NCBI GenBank assembly: GCA_016192685.1
Contig: JACPTS010000001.1
Location: 458,628 to 522,627 of the forward strand
Origin: Candidatus Harrisonbacteria bacterium
GTDB taxonomy: Bacteria; Patescibacteriota; Minisyncoccia; UBA6257; 02-FULL-45-10c
DNA length: 64,000 bases
Reading direction: 5' to 3'
How positions within the stretch are numbered: position 1 is the first letter of the stretch; every line of letters begins with the position of its first letter. Position numbers and translations under genes: made by a program. This document shows positions 57,623-64,000 of this stretch, in pieces. Below the pieces are notes generated by a model that was not told where the DNA came from, did not search any database, and worked only from the letters and a program-made list of their open reading frames with translations.

Positions 57623-59077
57623 CATTTCAAGTAAAGTGGTAGGTTTTGATGATATTGTTGCAAGTTCTTGATAGCCATTTTTGAATGTAAAACTCGCTAT
57701 TTTTTGATTTCTAATTTTGCAGTTCGAAAGTAAATTATTTAGCAATTCTCTCTTTTCTTCATTTTTTGCAAATTTAAATACTTTTGCCGCTGTTTGTGCT
57801 TTAAAAAAGGCATTTCTCATTTGTTCGAAAGTAATAACATCCTTCTGATCATTTTCATTTGTTTTGGTTTCTAAACTTACTACCTCATTCTGTAGTTCCC
57901 TCATTTTTGATTCATAAACCTCTTTAGAAATGATTCCGGAGATATAAGTGTCTAATAATCTATTCTTTTTATCCTTAACGCTATTAAGCTCTTTTAAACG
58001 CATTTCTTCCATCTTTTCTGAACGATCATACTCAACCTTATATTTTTCTTTGTCAGCTTCAAATGCCAATTCAACCAATTTTTCATCAAACTGAAGTTTT
58101 TGTAGAAGTTTAGAGATAAGATTCTCGGCATCTTTGGAAGTAAGGTGTTTATTCCTTTGGTTGCAGATTCCTTTTCCGTTTGTGCAGTAATAGTAAATAT
58201 ATTTTCCTTTTTGAAGCGTAGCGGTTAGTAGGCATCCACAAACATCACAATTCATAAACCCACGAAGGGGGAAGCAATTCTTTTTCTTTTTTGATTTATT
58301 ATTTCCACCAAGGATTTCATTTGCTTTATCGAATAAATCTTTGCTTATAAGCGGTTCATGATTGCCGCGATAATAAATTCCTTGTTTAAGCATTACCCCA
58401 TAATAAAAAGGATTTCTAAGAATAAAATAAATTGTGCTTTTGGAAATTTTTTGACCAGACTTTGGTCTGTACCCATCTTCGTAAAGTATATCCGCAAGTT
58501 CTTTTGGGGTGTATTTTTCAGTTGCGAACAATTCAAATATTCTTTTAATAACTAATGAGTATTTGGGGTCAATAATAATAGTCTGATTTGATTTGTCATT
58601 TAAATATCCAAAAGGAGCAATGCCTGGCCAACCGCCTTTTTCTAATTTGGCCCTAATACCTCGCTTTACATTTACCGATAAATCATCAACATACTTCTTA
58701 GCAATACCGAAGTCTAAGCTCATCATGAATTTGTCGTCAGAGATATTACGGAATACTTTTTCCGGAGTTTTGATTTCAGTAATTAAACCTCTATCCATAA
58801 ACCAAGATACCTTTCCACCATCTAAGGCATTACGAGCTAAACGATCTAATTTCCAAACTAACAGACCACAATTATTTTTCTTTTCTATGAATTTCAGCAT
58901 TTCTTCAAAGATAGGTCTTCCCGGAGCTTTGGCTGACATGGATTCTTTATAGATTTTAATAACATTTAAACTATCTTTTTTAGCTAAACATAATAGTTCT
59001 GATTCTTGAGAATCTATTGATTGCACCTGACGATCTTCTGCCTCTGATGATTTACGACAATAAATTATATAGTTCAT
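57593..59077 (-). CDS. Large serine recombinase (integrase)
   Basis: YCRKSS catalytic motif, DRLAR, recombinase domain (NPFYYG, HEPLIS), zinc ribbon CDVCG..YYYC, coiled coil. Confidence 0.93.
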   Translation of the reverse strand: MNYIIYCRKSSEAEDRQVQSIDSQESELLCLAKKDSLNVIKIYKESMSAKAPGRPIFEEMLKFIEKKNNCGLLVWKLDRLARNALDGGKVSWFMDRGLITEIKTPEKVFRNISDDKFMMSLDFGIAKKYVDDLSVNVKRGIRAKLEKGGWPGIAPFGYLNDKSNQTIIIDPKYSLVIKRIFELFATEKYTPKELADILYEDGYRPKSGQKISKSTIYFILRNPFYYGVMLKQGIYYRGNHEPLISKDLFDKANEILGGNNKSKKKKNCFPLRGFMNCDVCGCLLTATLQKGKYIYYYCTNGKGICNQRNKHLTSKDAENLISKLLQKLQFDEKLVELAFEADKEKYKVEYDRSEKMEEMRLKELNSVKDKKNRLLDTYISGIISKEVYESKMRELQNEVVSLETKTNENDQKDVITFEQMRNAFFKAQTAAKVFKFAKNEEKRELLNNLLSNCKIRNQKIASFTFKNGYQELATISSKPTTLLEMRGRKESNPD

Positions 59078-59808
59078 AATTTTTCTTTTAAATAAAATTT
59101 CTTTGTGATTTTACCAGTAAAGTAATTTTCTCCAGACCAATTTTTGAATGATTCTTTTTTATCATACCGGCGCTTAAGTTCTTCAGCAAGTTTTCCGCGG
59201 ATAACTATTTCTTTTGGAAATCCGTGAGATATGCGTAGTAGTCGCATCGCATTAAATAAAACTTCTCCAGCACCTTTAGTTATATATTTACTTATATAAT
59301 ACGCCAACTTTCTAGAACCATCAGTCTTTCGCGCATCCACAAAACCTTGTCCCCATAATTTCGCAAGGATTCGGGTTTTACGTTCATCTCCGTAAGAAAT
59401 AATCCGTCTACCAATTTTCGTATCTCCAAGAGACAAGGGCACGTTAAAAACAAGGCCATGAAAATGGATTCGTCCTCGCGGGGAGAGTTCTGGAACAAAG
59501 AGGGATTGGGCTTTAGGAAATTTAGTTTGCAACCGCACTTGGAAGCGGCGAAGGGAATCGTTTGCAAATGAAGCATCTGAGGCGTCACCTTTAAAGGTGA
59601 GCGTAACCAAGAGCGGGCATCCAAATTCTTCAAGAGCAGAAGACAAGCGCCGCACACATATTTGTTTTGTTCGCCAAATATTATCGCGTCTTCGAGGACC
59701 GTATATAATACGCCTTGCCCTGGGAGAGTATACGCGTATTTTGGATGGCTCTTTTTCGGTTTCTGTGATTTCAACGATTTCGCCATATTTTCGATAAATA
59801 ACTGGCAT
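59074..59808 (-). CDS. HUH rolling-circle replication initiator
   Basis: Motif I LVTLTF, motif II GRIHFHGL, WGQGF, motif III YISKYITK (two Tyr). Confidence 0.88.
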   Translation of the reverse strand: MPVIYRKYGEIVEITETEKEPSKIRVYSPRARRIIYGPRRRDNIWRTKQICVRRLSSALEEFGCPLLVTLTFKGDASDASFANDSLRRFQVRLQTKFPKAQSLFVPELSPRGRIHFHGLVFNVPLSLGDTKIGRRIISYGDERKTRILAKLWGQGFVDARKTDGSRKLAYYISKYITKGAGEVLFNAMRLLRISHGFPKEIVIRGKLAEELKRRYDKKESFKNWSGENYFTGKITKKFYLKEKL

Positions 59809-59840
59809 TGATTAAATATCAGTTTTACAACTGTGAGGAT

Positions 59841-59883
59841 ATATCAAGTCAGGAGGAGTCCTCGCAGAGCGAGGACTCCTCCT
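59841..59883 (-). other. Putative double-strand origin: nick motif ACTTGATAT next to a perfect 15-bp hairpin
   Basis: Minus strand ACTTGATAT at 59849-59841; AGGAGGAGTCCTCGC-AGA-GCGAGGACTCCTCCT at 59851-59883; just upstream of rep. Confidence 0.7.
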
Positions 59884-60031
59884 TCTTAATAGGGAAAACC
59901 CGACAGACTAATCCAGCTAAATTCGCCAAAGACGATAAAAATTCAGCCGCGCCCTCTTTACTAATTGGCCGACCTTTTATTTCAAAATATTGAATTGTTT
60001 TATTGATTAGTTCTTCGCTGAATTGATCCAT
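59849..60031 (-). CDS. Small hypothetical protein upstream of rep
   Basis: Co-oriented with rep/int; helical N-terminal part, C-terminus runs over the hairpin. Confidence 0.45.
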   Translation of the reverse strand: MDQFSEELINKTIQYFEIKGRPISKEGAAEFLSSLANLAGLVCRVFPIKKEESSLCEDSS

Positions 60032-60114
60032 AAGCAAACTTTAATTTGCCCATTTGACGGAAAACGGGTATAAACTTACAGATAAGTTCAAAATTCAGCT
60101 AACTTTCGTTTTTT

Positions 60115-61044
60115 ATGCTTAAAAAACTATTTGGAAATAAAGTTAAAAAAATACCCAGGGTTTTCCCAAGTGGAGTTTTAACATTTGAAAAATCTGGTCA
60201 CACATTAACTCAAGATAAAAATTTCTATGTGTGTTCTAAAAAACAAAAAGGAGTGTGTGAAAATGATAATGAAACTCGCCTAAAAGCAGAAATTTTTCAA
60301 AGGAATTTTTCTAGATTAGCTATGAAATTTTCTATACCTGACGGGAATCAAGCGTTTCTTTCTAAAAATATGGTAGCCAAAATTTTACATGCTTTTATAG
60401 ATGAAATAACCGAATCCAATTTAGACACCGAGTTTTTTGATACAACTATTGATGTAATGGAGCAAGAATCTGGAATTAATAAAAAACAATATAAAACCGA
60501 CTTTAAAGATGCAAAAAATAGCTATGTAGCCATACAAAATGAAAATACAATATTGCCTCTTGCCTCAATACTTATTTCAGTAATCATAACTTTTATAAGA
60601 CAAGACAAATCAGAAGCAGAAATGGGAGCAGTTCTAGCGTATTTATCCGATAAAGTTTATTTATCTGATAGCGGCAAAATTAACAAAATTAAATTTAACA
60701 AATTAGGAAATTATATAGTGCAATATATTCAAAAATATCTCCCAAACTATGGAAATTCATTTAAGCATTTACTTACTAATGCTGAAAAATTTGAGACTTT
60801 AGAATTTAAAAATGTAGCAAAATTAATACGAAAAGGAGAAATGGATAATTTGCTTCCGTATGATCCATTTCAATCTAGCTATACTATTAGCAAATACATA
60901 AAATTAACCTTTTCAAATATCTTAGAACTAAAACCGGAAAGGGCAATTGATCATTTAAAGTTTCTTGGCTCTGACCTACAATGGTGGGCGATAAATAATT
61001 TATTAAGATTAATTGGAATAAAGCCAGTTAAAAAAGATGAATGA
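60115..61044 (+). CDS. Hypothetical cargo protein
   Basis: 309-aa AT-rich ORF; no recognised motif. Confidence 0.6.
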   Translation: MLKKLFGNKVKKIPRVFPSGVLTFEKSGHTLTQDKNFYVCSKKQKGVCENDNETRLKAEIFQRNFSRLAMKFSIPDGNQAFLSKNMVAKILHAFIDEITESNLDTEFFDTTIDVMEQESGINKKQYKTDFKDAKNSYVAIQNENTILPLASILISVIITFIRQDKSEAEMGAVLAYLSDKVYLSDSGKINKIKFNKLGNYIVQYIQKYLPNYGNSFKHLLTNAEKFETLEFKNVAKLIRKGEMDNLLPYDPFQSSYTISKYIKLTFSNILELKPERAIDHLKFLGSDLQWWAINNLLRLIGIKPVKKDE

Positions 61045-61097
61045 ATAAGTTATACTTTAACTAACAATTTAATTGCCTAAACCTTAATTTATTAGGG

Positions 61098-61210
61098 CAT
61101 GGCTAAAAGACCCGATGAAGATACTGAACCCCGCGTTCAGCAACTCTTCATCGGGCCATATTGGGAAACTGATATGGGGTCGCAAGACCTAGCTGGTGCG
61201 GGGTTTAGTA
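61098..61210 (+). ncRNA. Candidate structured RNA/ssDNA motif (multi-stem junction)
   Basis: Three stems (two with GAAA or GCAA tetraloops), a closing stem and a 13-nt alternative pairing; GC-rich patch in AT-rich DNA. Confidence 0.5.
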
Positions 61211-61215
61211 TTTAT

Positions 61216-62361
61216 ATGGCATTAACTAAATGTAATGAATGTGGCGGAGAAGTATCAGATAAAGCATCTATTTGCCCGCATTGTGGTAATCCAATTCATA
61301 CTGAACCTAACTCAATAATTAACCCCCCACCTTTACCAATTTCAGAAATAAATATAGAAGAAAAACCGGGGATTCTTTTTAAAATTACTTATACAATATT
61401 ATGGATATTTGCTGTATTAATAATAGTTTTTGTTCTCATACTTGTAATTGGGCCATTTATACTCCCAAATAATCTTTATAAAGACCTTATATTACAAGAA
61501 CTGACGAATTCACCAACAAACCTTTTCCAAAAGCAGTGGTGGCAAGAATTTCAACAGAAGATACCACAAACAAAAGATTCTTCCCCAACGTCATCAACAA
61601 AAATTATTTTTAATCCAAAACTTATTTCTGATAGTAAATTTTCATTCTATACATTGAACGTAGGAAAGAACGAAGACCATAATATATCTTATAGAGACGA
61701 GCAAGGAATAATAAAATTACTTAATACAATAAATTATCCACCCAAATTAACACAAAATTTAATCATAATTTTTATAAATCCAGATGATGTAACTTCAGAT
61801 ATGATACTTGTAAATCCGGATAAAACTTGGTTAAATTTTTCTGATAATAGAACTGCAGAGGGTGGGCTTTATGCAACAAATAAAAATTGGCATTGGATTG
61901 AAATTAATAAACCAGTACCATCATTTACTGGAGCAATTTTAATTCATGAGCTCGGTCATCGTGTAGCTACAGAATTAACTCAACAAGAATGGGATAATTA
62001 CTATAAACTCCGAGGTATATCAGCTAATACATCAAGAAATATAAATAATTGGATTTTATCCCCACAAGAAGATTTTGCCGAAGTTTTTAAATATATTTTT
62101 CGCCAAGGAGACCCTAAAATATCCGTAGAATGGCAGATCCGAACTCAATATGGAAATGTTATACCAACAAATGAATTGATTGAACCAGTAATAACGGGAT
62201 GTGATTCTTTATTCGGAAGAGCCGATCAAAAGAAATTACAAAGTTGTAGAAATGCTAATAGCGGAGCGCTCGATTGGGTTGGTAGGCCTTTATATTTTAG
62301 GGTTACTGATTCAGCAACAGAACAATTTATCAGAAATATTATTAAAAGATTATTGCAATAA
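61216..62361 (+). CDS. Zinc-ribbon + TM + HExxH metallopeptidase-like protein
   Basis: MALTKCNECG.EVSDKA..CPHCG; TM; IHELGH and downstream EDFAE. Confidence 0.75.
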   Translation: MALTKCNECGGEVSDKASICPHCGNPIHTEPNSIINPPPLPISEINIEEKPGILFKITYTILWIFAVLIIVFVLILVIGPFILPNNLYKDLILQELTNSPTNLFQKQWWQEFQQKIPQTKDSSPTSSTKIIFNPKLISDSKFSFYTLNVGKNEDHNISYRDEQGIIKLLNTINYPPKLTQNLIIIFINPDDVTSDMILVNPDKTWLNFSDNRTAEGGLYATNKNWHWIEINKPVPSFTGAILIHELGHRVATELTQQEWDNYYKLRGISANTSRNINNWILSPQEDFAEVFKYIFRQGDPKISVEWQIRTQYGNVIPTNELIEPVITGCDSLFGRADQKKLQSCRNANSGALDWVGRPLYFRVTDSATEQFIRNIIKRLLQ

Positions 62362-62368
62362 TTTAATT

Positions 62369-62842
62369 ATGAAAAATATTGAATTTTCAAGAGAATTAAT
62401 AAAGGGCAGGATTGCTGAAGTAATATTTGAACAAATGATCCGTGAGGAAGAAAAATATACTGTTATACCATTTGGCTATGAGCATACTATGCCCACACTT
62501 GCTCAATACAGGCATCTCGCAGAAATCCCTAAAATTATTGATAATATTGCAGACGCTCCCGACTTCGCTCTTATTTCAGAAAATAACAATGAAATCTTTC
62601 TTGTTGAAGTGAAGTATCAACACAAACTTAATCTCGCCAAACTCGAAGAATATGCTAATAAATTATTAAACCGATGGGACTACCCATGGCTTTTTGTGGC
62701 AACGCTTGATGGCTTTTATTGTGGTTTATGTAAATGGATTGTTGATGAGAAAAAGATCAACAAATTATCAGAAAATTGGGTTACAAAAGAACGCCAAGTA
62801 GAATACTTAGAATTATTGAAAGAATTTGAAAAACAGTCTTAA
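62369..62842 (+). CDS. PD-(D/E)xK nuclease-fold protein
   Basis: G.IAE, PDF, LVEVKY; ATG 62369 follows previous stop. Confidence 0.7.
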   Translation: MKNIEFSRELIKGRIAEVIFEQMIREEEKYTVIPFGYEHTMPTLAQYRHLAEIPKIIDNIADAPDFALISENNNEIFLVEVKYQHKLNLAKLEEYANKLLNRWDYPWLFVATLDGFYCGLCKWIVDEKKINKLSENWVTKERQVEYLELLKEFEKQS

Positions 62843-62907
62843 TTCTTGCTTGATTATCTTAAAATTTAGATATATTATTTATCATGGCTTGAAGAAACTT
62901 TTTAATT

Positions 62908-63549
62908 ATGGACGATGAATTTATCTATACATTATTTTTTACAAAAGAAGAGATAAAAAAGTTTTTGGAAGATTATAGTATACCAGAAACGAAAGATTAC
63001 GAATTTGTTGTCGCAGTTATTTTTCACCATTATTTTTCTGAAAAAAACCAAAGAAATAAATACTGGATTGGTTTCAAAATACGGTTAGATTACTTAAAAA
63101 TTTTACCATCCCGTGGCTCTAAGGAGCCAAGAAAGCTATCAGAAATTGCAGAACTTTTTAGAAAAGGCATTGACGAAAACTCTATTATTGATTTTATTAT
63201 CGCAAAAGAAGTAAATATAAAAAAAGCAGAAGTAAAAACTTTTCAAGTAAAACGATTTGGTATAGGTAGAACAAAAAAAGACACAAATGAATTAATTGCT
63301 TATCTTAAAAATTTATTCATGCGTAAATATGGTAAAAAAGCAAAAACCGATCTTGTTGTTGTTCTAGATAATGGAGTAAACATTGATATGAAAAAATTAT
63401 ATGCCGAGATTAATACAGTTAATAATCCCTTCGATAGAGTATTATTTATATGGTTTGACGATAAGATGGTCTATCTAAGTCATGTATATCCACGAGGCGG
63501 TATAGAGAAGTGTCCGATTATTGATATTTTCCCCACATTAACACTATGA
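62908..63549 (+). CDS. Hypothetical protein, possible restriction-endonuclease-like fold
   Basis: YE..VA ... IDFII ... FQVK (D...QxK spacing). Confidence 0.5.
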   Translation: MDDEFIYTLFFTKEEIKKFLEDYSIPETKDYEFVVAVIFHHYFSEKNQRNKYWIGFKIRLDYLKILPSRGSKEPRKLSEIAELFRKGIDENSIIDFIIAKEVNIKKAEVKTFQVKRFGIGRTKKDTNELIAYLKNLFMRKYGKKAKTDLVVVLDNGVNIDMKKLYAEINTVNNPFDRVLFIWFDDKMVYLSHVYPRGGIEKCPIIDIFPTLTL

Positions 63550-63730
63550 AGCAATAAGATTTACATTATCTTACTTTCTATTAATTTGGTTCGAAAATCG
63601 TTTAATACAGCCCGCCAGCTGATTATTCTTTATTAAGCTATTTTTATTGAGGAATTTTTTCTTGATTTTTGGGTTTTTAAATCGTAGTATACATAAGAAA
63701 GTTCTTTAATAAATTGGGGAGCGCCCATAT

Positions 63731-64000
63731 ATGCAAAATTTTGATTTGTTTGCCAGGTTTTTAGTAGAATCAAACTTAATTGAAAATATAGAAGATAATT
63801 TGGATTTTGTCAGGGAAGAATTAAGATGCGGCGCAAAAGACGGCCATGCCGGGGCGATTCTTTATCTGGAAAAGTTAGCACAGGATAAAAGCCATCTGCT
63901 GATTGAGGCGGATATAAAAAAGGTTCAAGGTTTAATTACCAAAGAGCAGGGAGAAAAAAGATTTGATCTTATTTTAAAACCAAAGTGGATAGGCAATTAT
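63731..64000 (+). CDS. Probable Fic-family protein, N-terminal part (runs off window)
   Basis: Translates MQNFDLFARFLVESNLIENIE...IKKVQGLI...IGNY; ESNxIEN resembles the Fic inhibitory helix; catalytic motif not in window. Confidence 0.5.
   Translation, partial: MQNFDLFARFLVESNLIENIEDNLDFVREELRCGAKDGHAGAILYLEKLAQDKSHLLIEADIKKVQGLITKEQGEKRFDLILKPKWIGNY

Larger units (their letters stand above)
57624..63615. mobile_element. Integrated rolling-circle element (serine recombinase + HUH Rep + cargo) in tRNA-Trp
   Basis: CCCGC core at 57619-57623 and 63611-63615; in-silico excision restores tRNA G73-CCA; AT-rich, non-host codon style. Confidence 0.8.

Noticed and set aside
59292-59786. 164-aa alternate-frame ORF within rep
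   Set aside because: Fully nested with no motif; overprinting cannot be excluded but nothing supports it
61099-61215. N-terminal extension of the zinc-ribbon protein
   Set aside because: MALTKC at 61216 is a typical zinc-ribbon start, and the upstream part is better explained as structured nucleic acid
57624-63615. Inovirus or microvirus prophage
   Set aside because: No Zot/pI ATPase, small coat proteins or capsid gene between the predicted ends

Overview
64 kb of a small-genome bacterium. Shortened core proteins, a type IV pilus locus and rare Shine-Dalgarno sites suggest Patescibacteria/CPR, probably Parcubacteria-like (inference). 1-17.6 kb is a type IV pilus operon (pilB, pilT, pilC, pilin, pilD, minor pilins). 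Its PilX-like gene sits among three large exported proteins, two of them subtilases, that all end in E-[VI]-[KR]-P-stop, a candidate pilus-tip cargo signal. 18-57 kb is mostly housekeeping: ligA, gatCA, pheST, gyrB, secE-nusG-rplK, tmk, gatB, thrS, dnaE, rpmF, nusB, rnc, ftsH, smc, rpsP, trmD, rpsB, tsf, rpmG. This region holds seven tRNAs, three split by group I introns at three different anticodon-loop positions (Asp 35/36, fMet 33/34, Thr 36/37). It also holds a free-standing LAGLIDADG endonuclease overlapping tRNA-Asp, fold-back elements that copy tRNA 3' ends, and palindromic or heptamer insertions kept in frame inside essential genes. 57.6-63.6 kb is a ~6 kb AT-rich element integrated at the tRNA-Trp 3' end. 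It carries a large serine recombinase, an HUH rolling-circle Rep with a phiX174/pC194-like nick site, a highly structured non-coding segment and nuclease-like cargo. No CRISPR array or rRNA was seen. Coordinates were counted by hand and may be off by a few bases.
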